From Bacteroidales bacterium (GTDB lineage Bacteria > Bacteroidota > Bacteroidia > Bacteroidales > VadinHA17): DNA of 64,000 nucleotides. Of the stretch, positions 29,124-41,004 are shown piece after piece. The notes under the pieces were generated by a model that saw only the letters and a program-made list of their open reading frames with translations, ran no database searches and had not been told where the DNA came from. The position numbers were made by a program, and so were the translations under genes. Location of the stretch: contig JAWLEO010000014.1 in the NCBI GenBank assembly GCA_041686075.1, positions 2,627 to 66,626 of the forward strand, given 5' to 3'. Position 1 is the stretch's first letter; each line of letters opens with the position of its first letter.

Positions 29124-31748
29124 TCACTTGCGGAGCAGTTTCTGGATGTTGTAGAGTTTGTTAAGTGCTTCAACCGGGGTGAGGTTATTGACATCGAGGT
29201 CGACCAGTTCATCCCTTATTTGCTTGAGGACGGGATCATCAAGCTGGTAGAAGCTGAGTTGCAGTCCTTCACGTTTTGATGCCAGGTCGCCCACAGGCTT
29301 TGCAATGCCGCTTTCCCTGCTTCCGTCCTCCATCTGTTTCAGCACATCATCGGCTCTCCTGACCACACTGAGTGGCATGCCTGCCATACGTGCTACATGA
29401 ATACCAAAACTATGCTCACTGCCTCCCCTTTTAAGCTTCCTGAGAAAAATAACCTTGTCGTCAAGCTCCTTGATTGATACATTGTAATTTTTCACCCGGC
29501 CGAAAGAGTTTTCCATCTCGTTCAACTCGTGGTAATGAGTGGCAAAGAGAGTCTTTGCCTTTGCACGTTGCTCGTGTATGTATTCCACCATAGCCCAGGC
29601 TATGGATATACCATCATAGGTTGAAGTACCCCTTCCTATCTCATCCAGGAGTATAAGGCTCCGATCCGACAGGTTATTGAGTATGCTGGCTGCCTCGTTC
29701 ATTTCAACCATGAAGGTTGATTCACCCAGGCTAATATTATCCGAAGCCCCCACCCTGGTGAATATCTTGTCGACAATACCGATACTTGCGGCGGAAGCGG
29801 GGACGAAACAACCCGCCTGTGCCAGGAGCACGATAAGGGCCGTTTGTCTTAACAATGCAGACTTACCGGACATATTGGGGCCGGTGAGTATTATTATCTG
29901 CTGTTCTTCCTTATCAAGGTAAACATCATTAGGTATATAAGGCTCATCGACCGGCAGCTGTTGCTCAATTACAGGGTGACGTCCATCTTTAATGTCGATC
30001 CGGTAGGAGTCGTTTATTTCGGGTCTGACATAATCATTATCAACGGAAACCAGTGCAAATGAAAGCAGGCAATCGAGCTCTGCAATAAAGGCGGCATTAA
30101 TTTGTATATCATTTATATAGCCCGTAAGGAATGATACCAGCTCATCATAGAGCGACTGTTCCAGTTCAAGAATTTTCTCTTCAGCTCCCAGTATCTTATT
30201 TTCATATTCCTTGAGTTCTTCGGTAATGTATCTTTCTGCGCTCACCAGGGTCTGTTTTCTTATCCAATCGGACGGCACTTTTGACTTATGTGTATTCCGC
30301 ACCTCGATATAATAACCGAAAACATTGTTAAATCCTACCTTAAGGCTTGGGATGCCGGTCTTTTTGCTCTCTCTTGCCTGCAAGTTAACAAGATAGTCTT
30401 TACCGGAATGCAGTACTTCCCTCAGCTCATCAAGTTCTTTTGAAACACCATCTGATATTACATTGCCTTTGGAGATCATAACCGGCGGGTCATCTTTTAT
30501 GCTCCCGTCAATTTTTTTCACAGCCTTTTCACAGTTTTTAAGCCCCGAGGAAATATTTTTGAGAGCCTTGCAATCAGTTTTACCGCAATGTTCTTTCACG
30601 GGAGCGACAGCTTCCAGTGCCCTTTTGAGCTGAACCATCTCGCGGGGATTGAGCCTCCCGGTGGCAATTTTGGATACTATACGTTCAAGATCACCCACCA
30701 GTGCTATCTGTTCCTGTATATTTTCCCTGAAGCCATGATTATCAACAAAATACTCAACCACATCATGCCTGGCGCTTACAGCCTCTTTCTCCTTGAGCGG
30801 CAATGATATCCATTTTTTCAGGAGCCTGCCGCCCATAGGACTGGTAGTACGGTCAATAATATCAATAAGGGTTCTTGCACCCTGGAAGGGAGATGAGAAA
30901 AGCTCAAGGTTACGTATTGTGAAACGGTCGAGCCATACATACTTTTCCTCTTCTATTCTTGATATACCTGTTATATGACCTGTCTTTTCATGCTGTGTAA
31001 TATCAAGATAATATAATATGGCTCCTGCAGCTATTATTGCGTAATCCATACCCTGAATCCCGAATCCTTTCAGCGAAGTAGTGCCGAAATGTTTCAGCAA
31101 CCTGTCATTGGCCGCATCTGTCCTGAAGATCCAGTCATCCAGCTTATAATTATAATATCGTGAGCCGAACCTCTCCCTGTATTTATCTGTCTTGCCCTTT
31201 TCAAAAAGCACTTCTTTGGGAGCGAAATTACTCAGGAGCTGATCTACATAAGTGTGGGATCCTTCGGCAACGAGAAATTCACCTGTGGAGATATCAAGAA
31301 AGGCTACACCGCTTATTGTTTTTTGTATGTGAACTGCGGCAAGGAAATTATTTTCTTTATGTTCGAGCACATTATCATTTAGTGACACGCCCGGGGTCAC
31401 AAGTTCAGTAATCCCTCTTTTAACAATTTTTTTTGCCAGTTTGGGATCTTCAAGCTGTTCACATATCGCAACCCTCTGCCCTGCCCTCACTAATTTTGGC
31501 AGGTAATTATCAAGCGCATGATGCGGGAAGCCCGCCAGTTCAACCCATGAAGCTGCGCCATTGGCCCTCCTGGTAAGTGTTATACCCAGTATTTCCGATG
31601 AACGTATGGCATCCTCTCCGAAGGTTTCATAGAAATCGCCTACCCTGAAGAGCAATATTGCATCCGGATGTTTTTCCTTGATGCTGTAATACTGCTTCAT
31701 CAGAGGCGTTTCGACATATTCTTTGGATCCCTTCATAATCTTCGGCAC
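29124..31748 (-). CDS. mutS: DNA mismatch repair protein MutS
   Basis: [55 protein letters not shown]. Confidence 0.98.
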   Translation of the reverse strand: MPKIMKGSKEYVETPLMKQYYSIKEKHPDAILLFRVGDFYETFGEDAIRSSEILGITLTRRANGAASWVELAGFPHHALDNYLPKLVRAGQRVAICEQLEDPKLAKKIVKRGITELVTPGVSLNDNVLEHKENNFLAAVHIQKTISGVAFLDISTGEFLVAEGSHTYVDQLLSNFAPKEVLFEKGKTDKYRERFGSRYYNYKLDDWIFRTDAANDRLLKHFGTTSLKGFGIQGMDYAIIAAGAILYYLDITQHEKTGHITGISRIEEEKYVWLDRFTIRNLELFSSPFQGARTLIDIIDRTTSPMGGRLLKKWISLPLKEKEAVSARHDVVEYFVDNHGFRENIQEQIALVGDLERIVSKIATGRLNPREMVQLKRALEAVAPVKEHCGKTDCKALKNISSGLKNCEKAVKKIDGSIKDDPPVMISKGNVISDGVSKELDELREVLHSGKDYLVNLQARESKKTGIPSLKVGFNNVFGYYIEVRNTHKSKVPSDWIRKQTLVSAERYITEELKEYENKILGAEEKILELEQSLYDELVSFLTGYINDIQINAAFIAELDCLLSFALVSVDNDYVRPEINDSYRIDIKDGRHPVIEQQLPVDEPYIPNDVYLDKEEQQIIILTGPNMSGKSALLRQTALIVLLAQAGCFVPASAASIGIVDKIFTRVGASDNISLGESTFMVEMNEAASILNNLSDRSLILLDEIGRGTSTYDGISIAWAMVEYIHEQRAKAKTLFATHYHELNEMENSFGRVKNYNVSIKELDDKVIFLRKLKRGGSEHSFGIHVARMAGMPLSVVRRADDVLKQMEDGSRESGIAKPVGDLASKREGLQLSFYQLDDPVLKQIRDELVDLDVNNLTPVEALNKLYNIQKLLRK

Positions 31749-31929
31749 TTATTACAAATATACGATGATGAAGGCTTTAAAGAAAGGACTCTTTATTGAT
31801 TGTTAAGAAAAAAATGAAACGGAATATTGGAATAATGGAATATTGGAATAAAAACTGTCACCTATCATTGAAAGCTTAAATACTATTAAGTATCTTCAGG
31901 ATCTTGTTTGAACCCTTTAAATCTGTCCT

Positions 31930-33264
31930 ATGAAAAAAGCACTGGTATTAGGCGCCGGCATGGTGTCAAAGCCACTGATACATTATCTCCTCGAGAATGG
32001 CTGCAAGGTCAAGATAGCATGCAACACCCCTGACAGAGCTCAAAAAATATTGGGAGATCATCCCAATGGTGAAATAGTATACTGGGAAGCCAGCAATATC
32101 CTGGAGCTAAGGCCAATGGTAGAGGAATCAGATATCGTCGTCAGTCTCCTTCCGTATAAATTTCACACCAGCGTGGCAGAGGTATGCGTAGAATACAGGA
32201 AAGATATGGTAACAACCTCATATGTCAGGCAGGAGATGTCAGAACTGGACAGGGCAGCCAGGGATGAGGGCATAATAATTCTTAATGAGATAGGCCTGGA
32301 CCCCGGCATTGACCATATGTCGGCAATGAGAATTATTGACTATGTAAAAGAAAAGGGTGGCACAATTGAAAAGTTCTGGTCGCTCTGTGGAGCTTTGCCT
32401 GCTCCTGACTGCCTGGATAATCCACTTGGATATAAATTTAGCTGGAGCCCCGAGGGTGTGCTCCTCGCGAGCCTGAATGATGCAAGGTACCTGAATGAAG
32501 GTGTAAGGGTGAATATTAAACCCGGGTCTTTATTCAAAAAGACCTTTAACTACGAAATCAAAGATATCGGCACCTTAGAAGTATATGCAAACAGGGATTC
32601 CATTAGTTATATTGATATTTATGGTCTCCAGGATGTTCGAACCATGTTCAGGGGAACATTCAGATACAGGGGGTGGTGCGAAACGATTGATGCTTTCAAA
32701 TCCCTGAACCTGCTAAGCAAGGAAAAAGAAGATCTGAAGGGCAAAACATATGCACAAATGATCAGCTCACGAATAGGTGAAGGCAATAATTCTCTTAAGG
32801 AAGGGCTTGCTGCACATTTTGGCCTGAGCATGGATTCAGTGGCCATAAAGGCATTTGAATGGCTGGGGCTCTTTGATGACAAAAAAATTCCTGAATCATT
32901 AGAAAGTCCATTTAATGTAATCTGTGATCTGATGATGAGTAAAATGATCCTGAAGGAAGATGAAAAAGACATGATTGTGCTCAAGCATGTTTTTCTTGCA
33001 AGGCATAGTGACGGCAGAAAGGAAGTAATAAGTTCACAACTGATTGATTACGGTAGGCCTTCAGAAGACACTTCGATAGCCAGGACCGTAAGTCTTCCTG
33101 CTGCTGTTGCAACAAAGCTGATTCTCGAAGGGAAGATTGATCTGAAAGGCGTTTACAGGCCCGTAAGAAAAGAAATATATTTGCCTGTTCTTTCCAGCCT
33201 CGAAAAAATGGGAATACGAATGGAAGAAGAATACGGCTTACCTGAATCGGAACTTGTTTTTTAA
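31930..33264 (+). CDS. Saccharopine dehydrogenase (Lys9-like, glutamate-forming)
   Basis: VLGAGMV Rossmann motif, MVTTSY, NEIGLDPGIDHM, YKFSWSP, YANRDS, RGTFRY, ARTVSLP. Confidence 0.88.
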   Translation: MKKALVLGAGMVSKPLIHYLLENGCKVKIACNTPDRAQKILGDHPNGEIVYWEASNILELRPMVEESDIVVSLLPYKFHTSVAEVCVEYRKDMVTTSYVRQEMSELDRAARDEGIIILNEIGLDPGIDHMSAMRIIDYVKEKGGTIEKFWSLCGALPAPDCLDNPLGYKFSWSPEGVLLASLNDARYLNEGVRVNIKPGSLFKKTFNYEIKDIGTLEVYANRDSISYIDIYGLQDVRTMFRGTFRYRGWCETIDAFKSLNLLSKEKEDLKGKTYAQMISSRIGEGNNSLKEGLAAHFGLSMDSVAIKAFEWLGLFDDKKIPESLESPFNVICDLMMSKMILKEDEKDMIVLKHVFLARHSDGRKEVISSQLIDYGRPSEDTSIARTVSLPAAVATKLILEGKIDLKGVYRPVRKEIYLPVLSSLEKMGIRMEEEYGLPESELVF

Positions 33265-33283
33265 AAATCAAGAAAGTCCATAC

Positions 33284-34075
33284 TTAAAATTTCTCTATTA
33301 TTCCCAGCCCGAACAAGGAAAAATCATATTTGACAGGATCACTGTTATCAAATAGCCTCAAGACTGAAGTAAGTTCTTCAACTGCTTTCCAGTCGTCCTG
33401 TTTCCTTGACAGTAATCCCAGGGCCCGCGAGGTCTTACCTGTATGGAAGTCAAGAGGTATATACAAGACAGACTTATCTATTGATTTCCATATTCCAAAA
33501 TCAACTCCGCGCCCATCGTCCCGCACCATCCACCTGAAGAACATGTTAAGTCTTTTCCCGGCTGCTCCCCTTGATATATCGGCAAAATGCTTAAGTGTCC
33601 TTGTCCTGTGAGGCACACTGAAAAATTCATTTCGCAAGCTGATAATGGCCTCCTTCCAACTTTTACCTTTCGCAAGGTAGCCTGCCAGTACATCTTCCAT
33701 GGTGTCAAAACTGGTATATATATTTCTCAGTCCCTCAACGAAGGTACAGCAATCGGTGCCATTGAAGGTACGGTAATAAAATTTTCTGATCTTATCCTTT
33801 TCCTCTTCGCTATGATTCAGAATGAAGTCCAGGGGGCTGTTCCCCATCAGTTCCATGAGTTTATTTGCAGAATTGATTATCAGGTCACGCCTGCCCCATG
33901 CTATTGTGGCAGTGAGAAATCCCGATATTTCGATATCCTGTTTAAGGGTATACCGGTGAGGCACTGAAACGGGATCGGAGTCTATAAATGAAGGATTGTT
34001 AAATTGCTCATATTTTGCTTCGAGGAAGTCCTTCATCTCATCATATGAGAATCTTTTTTTCCAGGAATCACCCAT
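33284..34075 (-). CDS. TIGR02757/DUF2400 family protein
   Basis: [41 protein letters not shown]. Confidence 0.88.
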   Translation of the reverse strand: MGDSWKKRFSYDEMKDFLEAKYEQFNNPSFIDSDPVSVPHRYTLKQDIEISGFLTATIAWGRRDLIINSANKLMELMGNSPLDFILNHSEEEKDKIRKFYYRTFNGTDCCTFVEGLRNIYTSFDTMEDVLAGYLAKGKSWKEAIISLRNEFFSVPHRTRTLKHFADISRGAAGKRLNMFFRWMVRDDGRGVDFGIWKSIDKSVLYIPLDFHTGKTSRALGLLSRKQDDWKAVEELTSVLRLFDNSDPVKYDFSLFGLGIIEKF

Positions 34076-34724
34076 TGAAAATCACACCGTCTTTAATTTC
34101 TATTTCCCTGTCTGACATGCCAGATAATTCCCTGTCGTGGGTGACAATAACTATTGTTTGTCCGAACCTGTCCCTGAGGTCAAAAAACAGTTTATGCAGT
34201 TCCTGCTTATTTTCAGTATCCAGGTTACCCGAAGGTTCATCGGCCAGTATCACCCGTGGGTCATTGACCAGGGCCCGGGCCACAGCCACCCTTTGTTGTT
34301 CTCCTCCGCTCAGCTCCGATGGTTTATGCTCCAGCCGTTCTTTCAGCCCCAGGAATTCAAGTAATTGTTTTCCCCTCTTTTCCGCTTCCTGCCTTGGTTT
34401 TCCACCGATATAAGCAGGGATACATACATTTTCGAGTGCGGTGAATTCAGGAAGCAGCTGGTGGAACTGAAAAACAAAGCCTATCTCTTCATTTCTGAAC
34501 TTTGACAGCTGTTTTTCATTCAGTTTATTAAGTAAAATATTATCATATACAATATTTCCCGAATCAGCCTTATCCAATGTTCCCAATATCTGCAGAAGCG
34601 TTGTTTTACCTGCCCCGCTGGGGCCTACGATAGCCACTATTTCACTTTTCTTGATATCCAGGTTTATTCCTTTAAGCACTCTGAGGTCACCAAAGGATTT
34701 TGTTATATCTGTTGCTTTGATCAT
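34068..34724 (-). CDS. lolD: LolD/MacB-type ABC ATP-binding protein
   Basis: [51 protein letters not shown]. Confidence 0.8.
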   Translation of the reverse strand: MIKATDITKSFGDLRVLKGINLDIKKSEIVAIVGPSGAGKTTLLQILGTLDKADSGNIVYDNILLNKLNEKQLSKFRNEEIGFVFQFHQLLPEFTALENVCIPAYIGGKPRQEAEKRGKQLLEFLGLKERLEHKPSELSGGEQQRVAVARALVNDPRVILADEPSGNLDTENKQELHKLFFDLRDRFGQTIVIVTHDRELSGMSDREIEIKDGVIFNG

Positions 34725-34747
34725 ATATTACAATTAAGGTGCCTTAT

Positions 34748-35677
34748 TCATCTCATGAAGAAGACAAAATAAATATAACTTAAATAAACCAGTGCCAAAA
34801 ATATTCCTTTCCAGCGGCTCAGTTTTGGATTACGTGATGGTAAAACCATGACTATAAGTAGTACAGCTATCCCGATCATCCAGTACATATCTGATGAAAA
34901 ATTAGGATCACTTAAACCATAAGGTTGAACCGATATAGTTATCCCCAATATTGCCAGGATATTAAAAATATTCGAACCTACTATATTTCCTATCGATATA
35001 TCATTCTGCTTCCTGAAAGCTGCTATAATGGAGGTGGCCATTTCCGGCAGGCTGGTGCCCAGTGCGACTATTGAAACAGAAATTATTCTGTCGCTCACAC
35101 CCATCATTGATGCAACTGTGCTGGCGCTTTTCACCAGCATGTTGGCACCGGCTACCAGGAAAAGACTTGAGATTATGACAATGACCAATGAAAGGAGAAG
35201 TGAATATTTTATAAGGGGTGGAATTCCCCTGTATTGTTTTTTATCATTTCTTATTGACCTGTAGATATAAACCACCAGCATTGCAACAAGCATCAGTCCT
35301 TCAATCCGGCTGAATCTAAAATCAATAAGCATTATTAAAAGTACCAGGCTTGCACCTGCCATTATTATCATATCCTCAATTATCGACCGTCTGTTGACAA
35401 AAAAGGGAGATATGATAATCGTAAGAGCAAGTACAAGTCCCAGGTTTGAGATATTACTGCCAACAACATTCCCCAGGGATATATCAGGATAACCTTCTAT
35501 GGCGGCATCGAGGCTGACCACGAGTTCGGGTGATGATGTGCACATGGAAACAATTGTAAGGCCGACTACGACGGGGGAAAGCCTGAGATGGCCGGCCAGG
35601 CTTACACCACCACGCACGAGGAACTCTCCGCCAAAAAGCAGTAGTGCCAATCCAGCAAAGAGCATTATAAATGTCAT
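34748..35677 (-). CDS. Calcium/sodium antiporter (YrbG/CaCA family)
   Basis: Two alpha repeats: TSSPEL...GNVVGSN and GTSLPE...GNIVGSN. Confidence 0.92.
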   Translation of the reverse strand: MTFIMLFAGLALLLFGGEFLVRGGVSLAGHLRLSPVVVGLTIVSMCTSSPELVVSLDAAIEGYPDISLGNVVGSNISNLGLVLALTIIISPFFVNRRSIIEDMIIMAGASLVLLIMLIDFRFSRIEGLMLVAMLVVYIYRSIRNDKKQYRGIPPLIKYSLLLSLVIVIISSLFLVAGANMLVKSASTVASMMGVSDRIISVSIVALGTSLPEMATSIIAAFRKQNDISIGNIVGSNIFNILAILGITISVQPYGLSDPNFSSDMYWMIGIAVLLIVMVLPSRNPKLSRWKGIFLALVYLSYIYFVFFMR

Positions 35678-35711
35678 CGGGGATTTTTTTAGATAAGAAG
35701 ATATTTATCCA

Positions 35712-35951
35712 TCAGCCTTTCAGATCCTTATTAACTGAATCAGACATGTCCCTGATGTCATCCTGAACATCTTTTGTACTTTCATTGAACTCCCTCTTTA
35801 TATCATCGGTTGCCTTCCTGAATTCACGCATGCCCTTACCAATACCCTTTGCTATATCAGGAAGCTTTTTAGCGCCGAAAAGGATCAGGGCAACAACCAG
35901 GATGATAAATATTTCCTGTCCGCTGATGAATAAATAACTTGTCATATTCAA
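35712..35951 (-). CDS. tatA: Twin-arginine translocase TatA/E
   Basis: EIFIILVVALILFGAKKLPDIAKGIGKGMREFRKA. Confidence 0.92.
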   Translation of the reverse strand: MNMTSYLFISGQEIFIILVVALILFGAKKLPDIAKGIGKGMREFRKATDDIKREFNESTKDVQDDIRDMSDSVNKDLKG

Positions 35952-36112
35952 ACCTTCTTTCTTATTAGTACAAATTTAGAAAGAAAAATAATAATAGCAA
36001 TTGGCGGGATAATAAATAGCATAGTAAGGGAATGATGGAATAATGGAATAATGGAATGATGGAATAGTGTATTATGTAGGATTTAGTACCTACTTACCCA
36101 GCACCCAGTTTT

Positions 36113-36219
36113 GCCTTAGCCTGTCCGCCGTAGCTTGGCACGAGTCTGGAGACTCGCGCCAGCGAAGGTGGAGCCTCAGCCTTAGCCTTAGCCTTAGCCT
36201 TAGCCTTAGCCTTAGCCTA
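36113..36219. repeat. REP-like unit plus (CCTTAG)n array
   Basis: TGTCCGCCGTAGCTTGGCACGAGTCTGGAGACTCGCGCCAGCGAAGGTGGAG nearly identical to 45998-46049; about 7 CCTTAG-like hexamers. Confidence 0.8.
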
Positions 36220-36224
36220 TGTGA

Positions 36225-39200
36225 TTAGCTTGATTTTTTGGCTCTGAGCACTCTTTCTGTTTCTCCCTTCCTGATTAAATCGAAGACAACGGGGGTAGCT
36301 ACAAAGAGTGAGGAATATGTACCTATAACAACTCCTATCAGCAGGGCAAAAATAAAGCCTCTGATTGTTTCACCTCCAAAAATAAATATAGCCAGCAGCA
36401 CAACGAAGGTACTCAATGATGTGCTGAATGTACGGCTTATAGTGCTGTTAAGAGCCAGGTTTAGTATTTCTGTCCTGCCCCTCTTCCGGTATAATCCTAC
36501 ATATTCCCTTATACGGTCGAACACAACCACGGTATCGTTAATTGAATAACCCATCACGGTAAGGATGGCGGCAATGAAAGCCTGGTCAATCTCAAGTGAG
36601 AATGGCAATATACCGTACAAGATAGAGAAAATACCCAGCACTATGAGCACATCATGTACCAGGGCAGTCAAGGCACCCAATCCGAAACGCCAGTTCCTGA
36701 ACCTTAATAAAATATACAGGAAGATAATCAATAATGAGAAGGCAACAGCATAAATTGCCTGGATCATTATATCAAAGGCAATGGTGGGCCCAACTGTCTG
36801 GCTGCTCAGTCGGTATTCATCAAGAAACTCTTCCTGATCAACTCCTTCGGGCAGTAAGGGCTGGAGGCCCTGGTAGAGTAAAGTTTCAACCTCTTCTTCG
36901 GCCTCTGGCTGATCGACCTTATATTTTGTGGTTATCTTAACCTGGTTTTCATTCCCATAAACCACTACCAGTGGATCTTCACCATAAACGTCTCCAAGTC
37001 GGTCGGCCACCTCGGTTGTTGCAACAGGTTCATCAAAACATATGACATAGGTGCGGCCACCGGTAAAGTCGATACCGGGGTTAAGACCTTTTATTCCCAG
37101 TGATGCCACTCCTGCAAGGATTATCAGCCCTGAAACCACGTAGAACATTTTTCTACGACCTATAAAGTTAATTTTAAGGTTATTAAAGGCATCCTCCGTT
37201 AGTTTGGTAGCAAAAGTAAGTCTCATATTACGCTTCAGGAAGTTATCGTAAATGATCCTTGTAATAAAGAATGCGGTAAAAAAGGATGATATGATACCGA
37301 TAACCAGTGTTGTTGCGAAGCCTTTTATTGGGCCTGTTCCGAAAATATAAAGAACGGCACCGGTCAACAGTGTGGTGAGGTTGGCATCAATAATAGCTGA
37401 CCTGGCATTTTTATAGCCATCGGCCACAGCCAGCTTCACGCCTTTTCCTGCCTTCAGTTCTTCCCTGATCCTGTCATAGATCAGGACGTTTGCATCAACC
37501 GACATACCAATGGTAAGTATAATACCGGCAATACCCGGAAGTGTAAGCACCGCTCCAAGAGAAGCCAGTATTCCTACTATAAAAAACATATTGATGATAA
37601 GAGCTATATCGGCAACCATTCCGGCCCGTCGACTGTAATAGAATACCATATATGCCAGCACCACAACAAATGCTATGATGAAGGAGTTAAGGCCTGCGTT
37701 TATTGCTTCCTGACCGAGTGAAGGGCCCACGATAGTATCGTTTATGATACGGGCCGGGGCCGGCAGTTTACCTGACTTAAGGATATTAGCCAGGTCTTCG
37801 GCTTCTTCAATTGTGAAATCCCCGGTGATTTCTGAGGATCCACCTTTTATCTCTGTTGTCACGGTAGGTGCCGACCGCACATAGCCATCGAGCACCACTG
37901 CTATGCACCTGCCTATATTTGATCCTGTAAGTCTTGCCCATATACGGGAGCCTTCTGCATTCATTGACATATCCACCTTTGCCGATGAACCTGTTTGTCC
38001 ATATGAAACTCTCGCTGTCGTAATCACATCTCCATCCAGGGGTGGCTGACCATCCCGGGTGGTAACTTTTATGGCATGCAAGGGATATATACTCTCCGTC
38101 TCATCTCCCCTCATAGGGTCAGCAGCCCAATAGAAACGCAGATCCCTTGGAAAAAGGGATCTGATCGGATCCAGATTAAGGTAATCCATTACCTGGGCAG
38201 TATCCATAAAGTGTGAATACCCTATTACAGAGCCCGGCAAGGCTTCGCCTTCCCTGGTAACTGCAGGATTCAAGACTGCAAACAAAGGGTTCTGTGTATT
38301 CCACTCATCCCGGGTTTCTGCCTCTTCCGTCACGGTGGTGTCACCCAGCATATCAAGAAGTGTTTCTTCTGCCGTTGTATCCTGTTGTTCCTCGGAAGAT
38401 AGAAGGTCTTCGATAGAACTCACCCCTTCTTCTTCCACATCGGTAGTATCAGCCTGTTCAGCACTTTCAAGGGCTTCCATATCCTCCTTAAGGGAAGCAA
38501 GGAGGTTATTTGCTTCCATAAGGTATCCTATAACTTCAGAGTTCTCATATGTCTCCCAGAATTCAAGTCTTGCCGTTCCCTGCAACAATTCCCTGACCCT
38601 CTGTGGGTCTTTCACCCCGGGTAATTCAACAAGTATACGCCCTGTAGCCTCAAGCCTTGATATATTAGGCTGGGTAACACCGAACCTGTCAATCCTGCTT
38701 CTAAGTATATTGAAAGCATTATCAATGGCGCTGTTTGCTTCTTCGCGTAAGACATCCAGAACTTCTTCATTGGTTGAATTGAAATTTACTTTGTCACGGA
38801 GCTCCATTGTACCGAAGATAGCAGCCAGGCTTGCATCAGGATCAAGCTCTTCAAAAGACTCCCCAAAAAGATCGACAAAATTCCGCTGGCTCTCCTGCTG
38901 CTTTTGTTTGGCCATGGCCAGAGCCCGGTTAAAGGTTTCGTCGGTATTATAATTTGATAGTGCCCTGATTATTTCTTCCACTGACACCTCAAGCACTACG
39001 TTCATTCCTCCCTTGAGGTCGAGACCAAGATTCAGCTCTTTGGACTGCACTTCCTTAAAAGTATTACCCAGGAAACTCCATTCCTCTTTTGATAAGGACG
39101 AGATGGAATCGAGATAATTAACTTCTTTTACGAGGTCCCCTTCAGCATATTCTTCTGCATGTTGCTTTACGGTGTAAGATGCAACCGTGAATGAAAGCTG

Positions 39201-39260
39201 GTATATCGTTACCAGTGCTAATGCTATGGCTAAAAACAGAATAGCTCCTTTGTTTTGCAT
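36225..39260 (-). CDS. secDF: Protein translocase subunit SecDF (fused)
   Basis: LGLDLKGG, RIDRFGV, GPSLG, GMSVDANVLI, GIDFTGG, GYSINDTVVVFDRIRE. Confidence 0.97.
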   Translation of the reverse strand: MQNKGAILFLAIALALVTIYQLSFTVASYTVKQHAEEYAEGDLVKEVNYLDSISSLSKEEWSFLGNTFKEVQSKELNLGLDLKGGMNVVLEVSVEEIIRALSNYNTDETFNRALAMAKQKQQESQRNFVDLFGESFEELDPDASLAAIFGTMELRDKVNFNSTNEEVLDVLREEANSAIDNAFNILRSRIDRFGVTQPNISRLEATGRILVELPGVKDPQRVRELLQGTARLEFWETYENSEVIGYLMEANNLLASLKEDMEALESAEQADTTDVEEEGVSSIEDLLSSEEQQDTTAEETLLDMLGDTTVTEEAETRDEWNTQNPLFAVLNPAVTREGEALPGSVIGYSHFMDTAQVMDYLNLDPIRSLFPRDLRFYWAADPMRGDETESIYPLHAIKVTTRDGQPPLDGDVITTARVSYGQTGSSAKVDMSMNAEGSRIWARLTGSNIGRCIAVVLDGYVRSAPTVTTEIKGGSSEITGDFTIEEAEDLANILKSGKLPAPARIINDTIVGPSLGQEAINAGLNSFIIAFVVVLAYMVFYYSRRAGMVADIALIINMFFIVGILASLGAVLTLPGIAGIILTIGMSVDANVLIYDRIREELKAGKGVKLAVADGYKNARSAIIDANLTTLLTGAVLYIFGTGPIKGFATTLVIGIISSFFTAFFITRIIYDNFLKRNMRLTFATKLTEDAFNNLKINFIGRRKMFYVVSGLIILAGVASLGIKGLNPGIDFTGGRTYVICFDEPVATTEVADRLGDVYGEDPLVVVYGNENQVKITTKYKVDQPEAEEEVETLLYQGLQPLLPEGVDQEEFLDEYRLSSQTVGPTIAFDIMIQAIYAVAFSLLIIFLYILLRFRNWRFGLGALTALVHDVLIVLGIFSILYGILPFSLEIDQAFIAAILTVMGYSINDTVVVFDRIREYVGLYRKRGRTEILNLALNSTISRTFSTSLSTFVVLLAIFIFGGETIRGFIFALLIGVVIGTYSSLFVATPVVFDLIRKGETERVLRAKKSS

Positions 39261-39504
39261 TTGTAAGTATTTTTATATTTCCCTTAAAATCAAAATATAT
39301 GCTTATGCGCCATTAACGGACGGGCAAAGATATTAATTTTTTCCTAAAAGATTTAACAGTGGGTGTTATAATAAAGGAGTGAGTTTTAATGCTTGTTTCT
39401 TGTCATATTGGCAGGGAGCAGGGAGCAGGGGGCTGGGGGCAGGGGGCTGCCTACGTCCCGCGGGCTTCGGCGGACGAAGCAGGGAAGCCAATAATTTATT
39501 ATTA

Positions 39505-40989
39505 TTATTCCACGAGCTGGTCAAAATCGTATTCAAGAGGCTTATCTGCTTCAAAATCGTAAAGGGTAAGGCTTCGTATGTTATAGTAATAGGTCCAGTA
39601 ATTCTGAAGCGCCTGTATATAAGCCCTCCTATTTTCATCTTTCTTGGTATCTGCATTATTCAGTTCCAGAACATCAACGTTACCTATTAGGAACCTTTGC
39701 TTGGTGACCTCGTACATTTTCATAGCTACGGTATCCGATTTGGCTGCTATGCTTACCTGGTCGTCCTGTAGGTTGAACTGGGCCACATCAAGGAAGAGTT
39801 GTTGTTCAAAATCAATCATCGACTGCTGCACCTGTGTCTTGACAACCTCTTCTGAAGACTGTGCCATACGATAACGCCCCCGCCGCAGACCCCAATCCAT
39901 CAAAGGAATAGTAAAGCCTATACTTACACGTTGCTGGTCATCAAGATCATTGTATGCCCCGGGAATTATTCCATTCTGTCCCTGCAGTCCGTAACTTATA
40001 TTCATATTGGCATTGAGTCCTTTTTCAGCCTTAGCCTCTTCCATGTCTCTCCGGGCTTGCAGCAATTGGACCTGAAGTGAGATCATTTCGGGGTTATTCT
40101 CCAAGGCAAGGTTAAGTACTTCTTCACTATTCACCTCAAACGCTGGTATTTCATCTGGTATAATCAGTTCCAACTCAACATTTTCAGTATAACCAAGGAA
40201 AGATGAAAGTCTTTGCTTCATATCATTCAGGTTATTATAAGCTCCATTTCGTGATGTTTCGGCGTTGAGGAATGACAGTTCCATCTGGAGCATGTCGTTT
40301 TCGGCAATGGTACCCAGGTTATACCTTCCCTGCGCAATCCGGTATAGAGTATCGGCATTGGCATAATTCACGTTGGCAATTTCCATGTTGATCTGTGCCA
40401 GGGCAAGCTGGAAGAACCTGCGTACAGCCATTAGATGCACTTCTTCAACGTTTTCAAGGTAGGTCTTTTTTGCCTCTTCATACCTTAGTGGTTCTATTTG
40501 TTTCTGCCACTTAAGTTCATTGAACCTGAAAAGCGGCTGGTTATATCTTATGCTCACAGGGGTCGAGATATACTGTGTTGCGCCACCTTCTCCCAGAACA
40601 TCAAACCTCCTGAGGTCGGATTCCAGGGAAATACTACCTCCCGTTAATCCTATATTCTGGGATAATGAAAGCTGGCCCAATAAGTTACTGGTATTTTTTT
40701 CAACATAATATTCCTGCCCGGTATTATAATCATATTCCTTTTCATATATCCTGTTGTATTCAGGGAAGGTTCCTGTGAGGGTTAATGAGGGCAGGTATTC
40801 GGCTTTAAATGTACGGTATTGCCAGTAACTGGCCCTGAACATATGTTTGGCCAGGATACCCTGCAATGACTGATCTTCAGCCAGTTGAATAACTTCATCC
40901 AGGGTCAGCCGTTTAACCTCCTGTGAATAACCCATACTACCTGTGCCAATAAATAAGGCAAGTAATAAGAAAAAATATATTCGCTTCAT
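39505..40989 (-). CDS. TolC family outer membrane efflux protein
   Basis: Signal peptide, LTLDEVIQLA, YLPSLTL, IPLMDWG, RFLIG; last gene of the efflux operon. Confidence 0.87.
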   Translation of the reverse strand: MKRIYFFLLLALFIGTGSMGYSQEVKRLTLDEVIQLAEDQSLQGILAKHMFRASYWQYRTFKAEYLPSLTLTGTFPEYNRIYEKEYDYNTGQEYYVEKNTSNLLGQLSLSQNIGLTGGSISLESDLRRFDVLGEGGATQYISTPVSIRYNQPLFRFNELKWQKQIEPLRYEEAKKTYLENVEEVHLMAVRRFFQLALAQINMEIANVNYANADTLYRIAQGRYNLGTIAENDMLQMELSFLNAETSRNGAYNNLNDMKQRLSSFLGYTENVELELIIPDEIPAFEVNSEEVLNLALENNPEMISLQVQLLQARRDMEEAKAEKGLNANMNISYGLQGQNGIIPGAYNDLDDQQRVSIGFTIPLMDWGLRRGRYRMAQSSEEVVKTQVQQSMIDFEQQLFLDVAQFNLQDDQVSIAAKSDTVAMKMYEVTKQRFLIGNVDVLELNNADTKKDENRRAYIQALQNYWTYYYNIRSLTLYDFEADKPLEYDFDQLVE

Positions 40990-41004
40990 TTCAATGATTA
41001 ATTT